Positions 42,202 to 51,580 of a DNA stretch of 58,231 nt are shown in pieces. Under the pieces are notes generated by a model. It was not told where the DNA came from, ran no database searches, and saw nothing but the letters and a program-made list of their open reading frames with translations. This DNA comes from an uncultured Nitrospirota bacterium (GTDB lineage: Bacteria > Nitrospirota > Nitrospiria > SBBL01 > CAZSHZ01). Every line of letters begins with the position of its first letter. Position 1 is the stretch's first letter. The stretch covers positions 1-58,231 of the forward strand of contig CAZSHZ010000093.1 in NCBI GenBank assembly GCA_964606955.1. Reading direction: 5' to 3'. Both the position numbers and the translations under genes were made by a program.

Positions 42202-45200
42202 ATGCAGATCGCAGCAGCTTATAATTTTCGGAAGGGTTTGCTTATCTTCGCGCTGGTCCTGGCGGTCCCGGCGTGGGCCTTAGGCGCGGATAACGCAGAC
42301 CAAAACATCAACGACATGCACGCCATGCACGGCGGAACCGGCACCGAGGTCTCGCGAGAGAACGCGGGCCCCGCCCTCATGGGGGCCCTGACCAACCGCC
42401 TCGACTCCGAAATCGCGCGCGCAGGCGGCCAGATGGGCGGTTTTACCTCAAGCGGACAGGCGCACGCGATGTCGCAGGGGGTCCCACTTCGGATCTCGAC
42501 TACCGAGGAGTCTGTGACGTCGGGCGGCCGGTGCCCGGACGGGGTCCCCATCAAGAACTTCGATATCTCTGCGATCAACGTCCAGATTACCCTCAACCGC
42601 TTCATGCAGTTTTTCCCCGGCTACCTCTACGCCCTGACCGAGGATCTCCCGAAGGTCCGCGAGGAGGAGAAGAAGAACGCCGAGGCCCGGAAGAGCGCCG
42701 ATGAGTTCCGCGACGCCGGGGTCTCCACCGGACTTCAGGGCGATTTGATCCAGCCGCTGGTCATCCGCGCCGGCGCGGGCGACTGCGTCCGGATCATCCT
42801 CCGCAATCAGACGACGAACGAGGAGCCGGTCAGCATCCATATCCACGGTTCAAGCCTGATCATCCGCGCCACCGGCCAAGCGGCGACGATGATAAACAAG
42901 GACTCTCTCGTCATGCCTGGAAAGAGCCAGGAGTTTGAGTGGTACATCCCCGGAGACCAGCCGGACAACGCGCACCACTTCCACAGCCATGCGGTCCGCG
43001 AGCAGTGGAACCTCGGGATGTTCGGAGCGTTGGTGGTTGAGCCGCGCGGCTCGCGCTATCTCTCCCCCTGGAGCGGAAAAGAGATGAAGAGCGGGTGGAT
43101 GGCGATGATCGAGGACCCGAACGGTCCGGACTTCCGCGAGTTCGCGATCTTCTATATGGAGATCGGGGATGAGGTCGTCCGGATTCTCGACCGCAAGGGC
43201 GAACTCCTTCCGCAGCGGGACCCCATGACCGACACGTATCGGCCCGCCGCGCGCGGCCTCAATTTAAGGAGCGAGAACCATGGGACCCGCCTTACGCTCC
43301 AGAAGGAGAAGCACGGGATCCATGACGAGTCGATGGCCTACGGATCGTACACCTTCGGAGATCCGGCCACGACTGTTCCCCGCTCCTATCTCGGCGATCC
43401 GGTCAAGTTCCGGATGATGGGGGGGGCCGAGATCATCCATTCCCATCATCTTCACGGCGGAAGCGACCGCTGGCCGCGCTCCCCCGAGGCGGTCACGAAG
43501 GCGGAGTTTGACTTTGCCGCCACATCCAGCGGGACCGGACCGGTGAAGTTCCCGCCGATTCGGACCTCCTCCGAGCGGCTGGATGTCCAGGCGATCGGCG
43601 CCGCGGAATCATTTAACGAGGTGATCGAGTGCGGTTCCGGCGGCTGCGCCTACGGCGCCGGAGACTACACCTTCCACTGCCATATTCCTCAGCACTACGT
43701 GACCGGAATGTGGGGCTTCTGGCGGGTCTACACCACCCTTCAGGCGGCGGGCTCGCAGGACGACATCATGCCGGCGCTGGCGGAGCTCCCCGATCGGAAG
43801 GGTAAGATGAAGGAGGCGGTCGATTCCTCCAAACTGGTCGGCACCACAGTGGACTGGTTTGCCGGAAAGAAGTTCAAGATTACGGCGGACAAGACCGACT
43901 GGAGTGCAAATCCCCAGATGGTTTCGATCAAGGATTGGGTGGAGATGCAGCTTCCGGCCCAGGGACTTCCGGGCGGCCAGGAGGACGAGCATAAGCAGAT
44001 CGTCTCTTACGACGCTAGCGTCTATAACTGGAAGTGGGAGAGGAATGTCGCGTTGAACGAGCCCGAGACCAAGCAGGTCTGGGCCAATTATAAATCGCCT
44101 GCCCCGGGGAAACGGCTCCCGATCCGATGGGATTCGGCCACTGGCAAGCCCTCGATTCCGTGGGAGCGACCACACCTGGGTAAGCGCCCCCCATTCTCGC
44201 CCGACCACAATCCGGCCCCGTTCTTTGAGCCGATCCGGCTCAATAAGGATGGGAAACGGACGACCGAGCCGGCCCAGCCCGGGGAAAACGGCCCTTGGAG
44301 CCTCTGCCCCTCGAACGCGCCGCGCAAATACTACACGATCAACGCGATCGGACTTCCGATCACGTTGAAAACGGCGACCGCCAAAACGCCGGCGATCGTC
44401 GATCCGGACGCCCAGATCTTCGTCCTGGAGGAGGAAGAGGCGGCGGTCCGGGTGACACCCGCCAAGCAGGTGCCGCTGGCGATCCGCGCGAACGTCTACG
44501 ACTGCGTGGACGTCGTCTTCAAGAGTAAACTTCCGGACGACAAGCGGGTGGCCAATTCCAGCAAGGTCAACATGCACCCGCACTTCTTCCAGTTCGACAT
44601 CACCGCCACCGACGGGGTGATCATCGGATTCAACTATGAGCAGTCGGTCCGGCCGTTCAACCTGTTGAAGTCGGAAGACCGGGAAGAGACACACCACGGA
44701 ATGCCGATGCCGCAGAATACAACGCTGACAAAGGCGGCCAAGGCAGGGGATCTCTCGATTACGGTCGCCTCGACAGTCCGGCATATCGACGTGAACGAGG
44801 ACAAGTTCGACACCCCGATGTTCCACCCGGGAACTGTGATCGGAATCGGCCTGGACGGAGTCGGAGAATTCGAGGCGAGAAGGATCAAGGAGATCAATGG
44901 GAACAAGGTGATCTTCACCGAACCGCTGATCAACGACCACGCGGCCGGACGGATCGTCAGCGTTGAGTACGTCCGCTACCGCTGGTATCCGGACGTCGAT
45001 CTCGGGATCGTCTTCTGGCATGACCATGTCTTCGGGCTCGACTCCTGGGGACACGGGCTGTTCGGCTCGACGATCGTCGAGCCGCCTCGCTCCACCTATC
45101 ACGATCCAACGACCGGCAAGGAGGTCCGAAGCGGTCTGGTCGTCGATATCCACACCACCGATCCGGTCTCGGCAAAAGTGACAGGGAGTTTCCGGGAGAT

Positions 45201-46986
45201 CGTCATGCGGATCATGGACTCGAATCCGCGGACTGCCGAATTGATTTCGGCCGACAACCCGATGGCTGGGAGGCCATCGGTCGACGGAACCCCATCTGCA
45301 AAGTATCCCGATAAGATCAACAAATCGCCGATGAGCTTTCTCAATGGTGGGGAGGCGACCACCGGGAGCGGACTTGATATGCGGGTGGAGCCGCTCTCGG
45401 TCCGGCTGGCCAACAACCCCGATCCCGCACTCCTCTTCTCCAGCAAGATCCATGGGGATCCGGAGACGGCGCTGGTCCGGGCCTATCTGGGCGACCCGAT
45501 CGTCTTTAGGGTCCTTCAGCCTGCAGCCAACGAGGCGCACACCTGGCATGTGAGCGGCCACTGGTTCCCGGAGGATCGGTACAACGACGACGCCCTTCCG
45601 CGCAACACACTTCGGATCGCGATCGCCGAGCGGATGGACGTGGTGCTCCCGGCGGCGGGAGGACCGCAGCGGATGGCGGGAGACTATCTCTACTACTCCG
45701 GCCGGGCCTCCCACTTCGCGGAGGGGTCATGGGGGCTCATTCGCGTACTGGATAAAATGGACAAGGGCCTGCAGCCTCTGCCGAGCCGTGAAGAGATCCC
45801 GACCTCGGTGAAGGAGCTCTGCCCGGGCGACGCGCCTGTGAAGAACTTCGCGGTCTCGGCCGTCGACCACACCCTGAAGTTCAACCCCGGAATCCCGGAG
45901 GTGATGGAGGTCGATCTTGGACGGAATCTGAAGCTCGGCAACAAGGAGGGGAAGGTTTATCTCCTCGACGATGAGGTCACCCGGGTCAAGAGCGGGATGC
46001 TCTCACCGCACCCGCTGACCCTTCGGGTGAATGTCGGCGACTGCATCAAGATCAAATTGACCAACCGGATGGCGAAGGAGCGGGCCGGTCTACATGCGGA
46101 CGGGCTTGCCTTTGACCCGAAGGATTCGATGGGGATCAACGTCGGAAACAACGGCGGCGACCAGACCGTCGCTCCGGGCCAGAGCCGCCTCTACACGTTC
46201 TATGCGCATCCGGAGCTGGGCGAGAACGCGGCGCTGATCCAGGACTGGGGGAACGTGATCGACAATCCGCGGAACGGCCTGTTCGGGGCGATCATCATCG
46301 GTCCGAGAGGGTCGAAGTATCGCGATCCGGCCGGCGGAGCGGATATTTCGATGCGGAACTCCTGGCAGGCGGATGTGATCGTGGACCGGTCGGTCCCGGG
46401 GAACGAGACCCGGGAGAACTATCGGGACTTCGCCCTGATCTTCCAGGACGAGGACAACCTGATCGGCACCAGCTTTATGCCGTACGCCCAGAAGGTGGCG
46501 GGTTTGACCGGGATCAACTATCGCGCCGAGCCGAAAGACTACTACCTCGACGAGAAGGGGTGCGCGGTCGGTCTGGTCTTCCAGTGCATCTCCGAGAGCA
46601 GCAAGGGGGCCATCAACACGCCGGTTCTGGAAGCGCACGCCGGGGACAAGGTCCTCATCCATGTCTTCGGCGGGTTCATGGAGCAGGTGGGGGTCTTCGC
46701 GCTCGATGGTCACGAATGGCCGGTGGATAATTTTCGAGGGGCGCACCTCCACAGCTCTCTGGAGTTCGGCGGCAGTTCCTATGTCCGTGTCGATCTTCGG
46801 GGCGGCGCCGGCGGACCGCATCAGCTCCCCGGTGACTACATCTATATGAACCATCGGGCGGCCTACATCGACGCCGGTCAGTGGGGGATCTTAAGAGTCC
46901 TCCCGAAGGGGGAGAAGAGAATCCTGGCGCTCAATCCGACCGAGTCGAAAGTCCGGCCGGTCTCTCTTTCGGCGAACGGCCGCTAG
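42202..46986 (+). CDS. giant (1594 aa) secreted multicopper oxidase, internally triplicated
   Basis: Sec-type signal (ALVLAVPAWALG). Complete copper-ligand set in the first ~510 aa: HIHG (42838-42849), HHFHSH (42973-42990), HSHHLHGG (43438-43461) and HCHIPQHYVTGM (43675-43710). Degenerate second and third units follow (WHDH at 45016-45027, HTWHVSGH, and others). Confidence 0.88.
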   Translation: MQIAAAYNFRKGLLIFALVLAVPAWALGADNADQNINDMHAMHGGTGTEVSRENAGPALMGALTNRLDSEIARAGGQMGGFTSSGQAHAMSQGVPLRISTTEESVTSGGRCPDGVPIKNFDISAINVQITLNRFMQFFPGYLYALTEDLPKVREEEKKNAEARKSADEFRDAGVSTGLQGDLIQPLVIRAGAGDCVRIILRNQTTNEEPVSIHIHGSSLIIRATGQAATMINKDSLVMPGKSQEFEWYIPGDQPDNAHHFHSHAVREQWNLGMFGALVVEPRGSRYLSPWSGKEMKSGWMAMIEDPNGPDFREFAIFYMEIGDEVVRILDRKGELLPQRDPMTDTYRPAARGLNLRSENHGTRLTLQKEKHGIHDESMAYGSYTFGDPATTVPRSYLGDPVKFRMMGGAEIIHSHHLHGGSDRWPRSPEAVTKAEFDFAATSSGTGPVKFPPIRTSSERLDVQAIGAAESFNEVIECGSGGCAYGAGDYTFHCHIPQHYVTGMWGFWRVYTTLQAAGSQDDIMPALAELPDRKGKMKEAVDSSKLVGTTVDWFAGKKFKITADKTDWSANPQMVSIKDWVEMQLPAQGLPGGQEDEHKQIVSYDASVYNWKWERNVALNEPETKQVWANYKSPAPGKRLPIRWDSATGKPSIPWERPHLGKRPPFSPDHNPAPFFEPIRLNKDGKRTTEPAQPGENGPWSLCPSNAPRKYYTINAIGLPITLKTATAKTPAIVDPDAQIFVLEEEEAAVRVTPAKQVPLAIRANVYDCVDVVFKSKLPDDKRVANSSKVNMHPHFFQFDITATDGVIIGFNYEQSVRPFNLLKSEDREETHHGMPMPQNTTLTKAAKAGDLSITVASTVRHIDVNEDKFDTPMFHPGTVIGIGLDGVGEFEARRIKEINGNKVIFTEPLINDHAAGRIVSVEYVRYRWYPDVDLGIVFWHDHVFGLDSWGHGLFGSTIVEPPRSTYHDPTTGKEVRSGLVVDIHTTDPVSAKVTGSFREIVMRIMDSNPRTAELISADNPMAGRPSVDGTPSAKYPDKINKSPMSFLNGGEATTGSGLDMRVEPLSVRLANNPDPALLFSSKIHGDPETALVRAYLGDPIVFRVLQPAANEAHTWHVSGHWFPEDRYNDDALPRNTLRIAIAERMDVVLPAAGGPQRMAGDYLYYSGRASHFAEGSWGLIRVLDKMDKGLQPLPSREEIPTSVKELCPGDAPVKNFAVSAVDHTLKFNPGIPEVMEVDLGRNLKLGNKEGKVYLLDDEVTRVKSGMLSPHPLTLRVNVGDCIKIKLTNRMAKERAGLHADGLAFDPKDSMGINVGNNGGDQTVAPGQSRLYTFYAHPELGENAALIQDWGNVIDNPRNGLFGAIIIGPRGSKYRDPAGGADISMRNSWQADVIVDRSVPGNETRENYRDFALIFQDEDNLIGTSFMPYAQKVAGLTGINYRAEPKDYYLDEKGCAVGLVFQCISESSKGAINTPVLEAHAGDKVLIHVFGGFMEQVGVFALDGHEWPVDNFRGAHLHSSLEFGGSSYVRVDLRGGAGGPHQLPGDYIYMNHRAAYIDAGQWGILRVLPKGEKRILALNPTESKVRPVSLSANGR

Positions 46987-47006
46987 GCCGGTTCCGAGAT
47001 AGATCA

Positions 47007-47041
47007 GGGGCGCGAGGTTGAGGCCTCGCGCCCCTTTTTTA
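47007..47041 (+). terminator. intrinsic terminator after the multicopper oxidase gene
   Basis: GGGGCGCGAGG-ttgagg-CCTCGCGCCCC (11-bp stem) followed by TTTTTTA. Confidence 0.7.
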
Positions 47042-47497
47042 TTCCCCGGTCAGGCGCCGATAGAGTCGATGAAACTCTTCGGTATCGAGGGGCGGGTCCG
47101 ACAGCCTCTGAAGATCTTCCGGGCGGATTGGCACCTGCACAATTTCATCAAAGATCGAGGTCCCGATCGCAATGTAGCCGGGCCGGATCCTCTTCTGCGG
47201 GATCAAGAACTTCACGCCCCGGTTGTGGGTCGTCGCAAGACGGATCGCCAGCCGGGCCACATCGGCGGGAATCTCTCTCCCGATTGCGATATTCGCCGGA
47301 GGATTGCCGGCTGCGAAGAATTGATGCCGGATCCGGGTCACCGAGAGGGCCGCGAACTCTTTTTTGATCTGGTCCAGATCTCCCCTCCGCTCCGCCGCAA
47401 GAGAAATCTCTACGAGGACGGGTCCCGCCAGGGCAGGCGACGGCGCGGGTAGAAGCAGGAGCGTAAGAAAAAGCGCTTCAAATATTTTAATGGACAG
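47039..47497 (-). CDS. small secreted hypothetical protein, probable non-canonical (CTG or ATT) start
   Basis: The track ORF (47039-47341) is open further upstream in the same frame and encodes a signal-peptide-like SIKIFEALFLTLLLLPAPSPALA-GP. This is preceded by AGGAG. No ATG, GTG or TTG is available; CTG lies at 47497 and ATT at 47491. Confidence 0.4.
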   Translation of the reverse strand: MSIKIFEALFLTLLLLPAPSPALAGPVLVEISLAAERRGDLDQIKKEFAALSVTRIRHQFFAAGNPPANIAIGREIPADVARLAIRLATTHNRGVKFLIPQKRIRPGYIAIGTSIFDEIVQVPIRPEDLQRLSDPPLDTEEFHRLYRRLTGE

Positions 47498-47524
47498 TCG
47501 GATCTCCTTTCGATATATTTTACT

Positions 47525-48586
47525 ATGATAAGGACAATGGTGCAGAGAAAACCTCTCCTCGCCCTCCTCCTTCTGATCGCGCTCCCCGTTTCCCAGATTC
47601 CAGGTGCCGACCCGGTAAAATGGACCTACTCAACGGGAAATACCATCTTCTCGGCCGTCGCCCTCGGCGGAGAGGGGAGAATCTATGTCGCCTCCTTCGA
47701 CGGGTATCTCTACGCCTTGACATCGGCCGGAACCCTGAGGTGGCGATACAGAGTCGGCCGCTTCGCCAATTCGACCCCGGCGCTCGACAGGGACGAGACT
47801 CTCTACGTCGGTTCGGAGGACCATTTCCTCTACGCCCTGACGACCGGGGGCGACCTGAAATGGCGCTATACCGCCGGCGCAGGGATCTTCTCATCCCCGG
47901 CGATCGGCAGCGGGGGGGCGATCTACTTCGGATCCGAGGACGGCTATCTCTATGCGCTGGACCCGCGCGGAACGCTCCTCTGGCGGCGCAAGATCGGCAC
48001 TCCCGTCAGTTCGGACCCGGCCGTCGGGAGAGACCAAACGGTCTATCTCGGCTCGGAGGACGGCCGGCTCTACGCCTTCGCCTCCGACGGAGAGTTGAGA
48101 TGGCACGCACTCCTCGATTCGGGCCTCTCCTCCCCCACGGTCGGACCGGACGGCGCCATCTACGTCGGATCAACAGGGGGATACCTTTACAGCATCGCCC
48201 CCGACGGGAAGACGCGCTGGCGCTATCGGACTGAAAAATTCGTCTCCGCCGCCCCGGCGATCGGAGTAGACGGAACCATCTACGCCGGATCTTACGAGGG
48301 GGATCTATACGCGCTCACGCCCGATGGGGCGCTGAAGTGGCGCTCCCCGGTGCAAAGCTCGCTCCATTCCACCTCCGGGATCGGACCGGACGGCAAGATC
48401 TTCATCGGATCGGTGGACGGTTTCCTCTATGCTCTGACCCCCAACGGGGAGCCCGTCTGGCAGTTCCGGCCGGGCCACGCCGTCTCCTCCATCCCGACGC
48501 TTGCAAAGGACGGGACGGTCTATGTTGGATCCCACGACGGCTTTCTCTTCGCCCTCGTGGTCAAGAAAAGGCAGTTTCTTTCCTAA
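47525..48586 (+). CDS. PQQ-like/BamB-like beta-propeller repeat protein (secreted)
   Basis: Signal peptide, then about eight units of the form G(T/A)(L/I)(Y/F)(V/F)GSxDGxLYAL(T/D)xxGxL(K/R)W(R/Q). Confidence 0.8.
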   Translation: MIRTMVQRKPLLALLLLIALPVSQIPGADPVKWTYSTGNTIFSAVALGGEGRIYVASFDGYLYALTSAGTLRWRYRVGRFANSTPALDRDETLYVGSEDHFLYALTTGGDLKWRYTAGAGIFSSPAIGSGGAIYFGSEDGYLYALDPRGTLLWRRKIGTPVSSDPAVGRDQTVYLGSEDGRLYAFASDGELRWHALLDSGLSSPTVGPDGAIYVGSTGGYLYSIAPDGKTRWRYRTEKFVSAAPAIGVDGTIYAGSYEGDLYALTPDGALKWRSPVQSSLHSTSGIGPDGKIFIGSVDGFLYALTPNGEPVWQFRPGHAVSSIPTLAKDGTVYVGSHDGFLFALVVKKRQFLS

Positions 48587-48627
48587 TAGGGGACCGCCAT
48601 TTGACCTTACTCCTCAACCTTCCTATC

Positions 48628-49377
48628 ATGAAACCGATGAAATTGGTAGGCCTTCTCCTCCCGACTCTCCTCCTTCTTCCCGTCCTGGGAATCCAGGAAC
48701 CCCGGAAGATTGCCGATATCGAGCGCTATTTTCCCGACAACATCGGCGAGCACTGGACATACCGGGGAATCGTGGTCGACCAGATCCGCCGGGTGGGAGA
48801 TGCGGGTGAATATACCAACACCGCCACCATCACCGGGACCACGGTGAAAAAGGGGGTGACAGTGAAGGTCTTCGTCGAATCGAACCAGGCGAACAACGGC
48901 CCCGCCGAGAGTTATTTTTTGAAGGACAAGAACGGCATCACCTACTACGGCGGAAACCCGACGACGACGTTTGAAACTGGAATCACTCCGTATCGGGTCG
49001 TCCCCTTCCCCTTCGAGATCGGCCTCTCGTTCCGGCAGTTGGAGAAAAAGGGGGTCAACTTCGGGCGGGATCTCGATCATGACGGAAAGGACGAGACTGC
49101 GGATGTCGTCGCTGAAATTAAATTCTCCCGTTTCGAGACGATCACCGTCCCCGCCGGCACATTTAAAGACTCTCTGCGGACCGAGGGGCTGATGGATATT
49201 GCGATCAGCCTTTCCAAGAGCGGCCGGGTAGTCCATCTGATCGACCGGACGACCAACTGGTTCGCCTATCAGATCGGCCTGATCAAAGGGATTGAGCGGA
49301 CGGAGTGGCCGGTCATCGACGCCGCCCCGCCGCGCATTCTCACCGTGACCGAAGAGCTGGAAGAGTTCGCGTTCTAA
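48628..49377 (+). CDS. secreted hypothetical protein
   Basis: Start set at MKPMKLVGLLLPTLLLLPVLG (signal peptide) because the track extension overlaps the previous gene. No family recognised. Confidence 0.5.
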   Translation: MKPMKLVGLLLPTLLLLPVLGIQEPRKIADIERYFPDNIGEHWTYRGIVVDQIRRVGDAGEYTNTATITGTTVKKGVTVKVFVESNQANNGPAESYFLKDKNGITYYGGNPTTTFETGITPYRVVPFPFEIGLSFRQLEKKGVNFGRDLDHDGKDETADVVAEIKFSRFETITVPAGTFKDSLRTEGLMDIAISLSKSGRVVHLIDRTTNWFAYQIGLIKGIERTEWPVIDAAPPRILTVTEELEEFAF

Positions 49378-49383
49378 CCTGAC

Positions 49384-50367
49384 TTAAGGGAGCGCCTGCT
49401 GAAGGATTGTCGCCACCAGCCAGCCGATCGCCCCGCAGACAGGGAAGGTAAGAATCCAGGCGAGCACCACCTCACCGACCACTCCCCAGCGGACCGCCGA
49501 GAGCCGCCGAGAGGCCCCCACCCCCATGATCGACGTGCCGATTGTATGGGTTGTGCTCAGCGGGATCCCCAGGCGTGAGGCGAGTTCGATGACCACGGCT
49601 GCGCCGGTTTCAGCGGCAAAGCCCTGGTGAGGTTCGAGCGTGACCATCCGGATCCCCAGGGTCCGGATGATCCGCCACCCGCCGACCGACGTCCCGATCC
49701 CCATCATCAGGGAGCAGAGGAGAATCACCTCCCATGACACATGAAACTCCGGGCGCACCCCCCCCAGCACGAGGGCCAGCGCGAAGACCCCCATGAACTT
49801 CTGACCGTCGTTGCTCCCGTGACTGAAGGCCATGAACGCGGCCGAGAGGATCTGAAGCTTTCCGAAGAGCCTCCGGACCGTTCCAGGGGTTGACCTCCGG
49901 AACAGCCAGGAGATGGCGACGATAATGAGCAGTCCCACCCCGAACCCGAAAAAGGTCGAGAAAATCAGCCCTGTCCCGACTTTTTGCCATCCGCCCAATA
50001 GGAGCGCCTTGGGCCCCGAAGTCGCCAGGGTTGCACCCGCCAGCCCCGAGACGAGCGCATGGGTCTCGCTGGTGGGAAGACCAGAATACCAGGCAGCAAG
50101 CGTGCTCCAGAGAACGATGGCGACCATGGCGGCCCCGACCGTGGTCAGGTTGATCGCCTGCAACTGCACGATACCCCTCCCGATCGTCTCCGCGACGGCC
50201 GTACCCGACATGACCCCGACCGCATTGAAAACGGTCGCCATGATCACGGCCCTCCTGGGAGAAAGAACCCGCGTCGAAACGACGGTAGCGATCGCATTGG
50301 GGGCGTCGGTCCATCCATTGACAAATTCTGCGGCCAGCACCAACGCGAGCACGACAATCAGGCCCAT
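49384..50367 (-). CDS. inorganic phosphate transporter, PiT family
   Basis: EFVNGWTDAPNAIATVVSTR and SHGSNDGQKFMG are the duplicated PiT signature motifs. Start at M27 (50367) or M21 (50385). Confidence 0.85.
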   Translation of the reverse strand: MGLIVVLALVLAAEFVNGWTDAPNAIATVVSTRVLSPRRAVIMATVFNAVGVMSGTAVAETIGRGIVQLQAINLTTVGAAMVAIVLWSTLAAWYSGLPTSETHALVSGLAGATLATSGPKALLLGGWQKVGTGLIFSTFFGFGVGLLIIVAISWLFRRSTPGTVRRLFGKLQILSAAFMAFSHGSNDGQKFMGVFALALVLGGVRPEFHVSWEVILLCSLMMGIGTSVGGWRIIRTLGIRMVTLEPHQGFAAETGAAVVIELASRLGIPLSTTHTIGTSIMGVGASRRLSAVRWGVVGEVVLAWILTFPVCGAIGWLVATILQQALP

Positions 50368-50614
50368 TGAAATTTCTCCGCCCATGGGATTCTCTACCGC
50401 GAGACAACCTCCGGAGCATGACAAGAAACGTAACGCCGGGCGCATCCTGCCACACGGTTCTCGCCAGAGTCAATCTAAAATCGCCTTTCTAAGGGGCGGG
50501 AAGGCGCCGAATTGGGGCACGATCACCTCCAGTGAAGATTGCGCAAAAAACGCTCGAAGAGGTCCGCGAGGCCGTCGGTTTGTGGTAAAATTCTGTCACT
50601 CCCTAGAAAACTGA

Positions 50615-51580
50615 ATGAAACGGGAAGAAGACCTCGACCTCTACTATTATCTTAGGCTGACCCGGGAGTTTGAGGATCGTGTCAGCAAACTCCACCTGCA
50701 GGGGAAGATCCTGGGGGGCGTCTATTCCGGCCTCGGCCAGGAAGCGATCGTCGTCGGGATCTGTTACGGCTTAAAAAAAGAGGACTTCATCGCCCCGCTC
50801 CACCGCGACATGGGGGCATTTCTCGTCAAGGGGGTCGAGCCGAAGCTCCTGATGGCCCAACTAATGGGGAAGGCGACCGGACTCTCCAAAGGGAAGGACT
50901 CGTTCCTTCATGCCGGCGATCTCTCCGTCGGCGTTTTCGGGTCGACCAGCATGCTCGGCTCCTCCCTCCCGGTCGCCACCGGTGCTGCCCTGAAATTCAA
51001 ACTGAAGAAGGAGCCGCACGTCGCGGTCGCCTTCTTCGGGGAAGGGGCGAGTTCGCGCGGCGACTTTCACGAAGCGCTCAACTTCGCAGGGATCCACAAA
51101 CTCCCCGTCGTCTATGTCTGCGAAAATAATTTTTACGCCTACTCCACACCGCAGAGCCTTCAGATGGCCATCGATGATGTCGCGAGCCGGGCGGAGGGAT
51201 ACGGCTTCAAAGGCGCGGTCTGCAGCGGGAACGATCTTTTCGCCGTGATAAAGACGGCGCGCGAGGCGATCCGGCGGGCGCGCAAGGGGGAGGGACCGAC
51301 GCTGATCGAGTGCAAGACCTACCGGATGCACGGCCACTCGGAGCACGACCAGCCCTGGTACCGTCCCGAGGATGAGGTGGTCGAATGGGAGAGCCGGGAC
51401 CCGATCCTCCGCTTTGAGATCTACATGGAGAAGAAGGGATACGATCTGAAAGCGATCAAAGAGGAGACGGAGAGGCGGGTCGCGGCTGTCGTGGAGGAGG
51501 CGGTGGCATTCGCCGAAAACTCGCCGTATCCGAATCCAAAAGAAGCGCTCCAGGACCTTTATGCCGACCCAATCGACTGA
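50615..51580 (+). CDS. 2-oxoacid dehydrogenase E1 component alpha subunit (TPP-dependent)
   Basis: TPP-binding region FFGEGASSRGDFHEALNFAG...VCENNFYA, plus YRMHGHSEHD. Confidence 0.9.
   Translation: MKREEDLDLYYYLRLTREFEDRVSKLHLQGKILGGVYSGLGQEAIVVGICYGLKKEDFIAPLHRDMGAFLVKGVEPKLLMAQLMGKATGLSKGKDSFLHAGDLSVGVFGSTSMLGSSLPVATGAALKFKLKKEPHVAVAFFGEGASSRGDFHEALNFAGIHKLPVVYVCENNFYAYSTPQSLQMAIDDVASRAEGYGFKGAVCSGNDLFAVIKTAREAIRRARKGEGPTLIECKTYRMHGHSEHDQPWYRPEDEVVEWESRDPILRFEIYMEKKGYDLKAIKEETERRVAAVVEEAVAFAENSPYPNPKEALQDLYADPID

Noticed and set aside
43609-45714. 701-aa ORF on the minus strand
   Set aside because: It lies entirely antisense within the multicopper oxidase gene and has no recognisable motifs. 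It is an Arg/Pro/Asp-rich shadow ORF.
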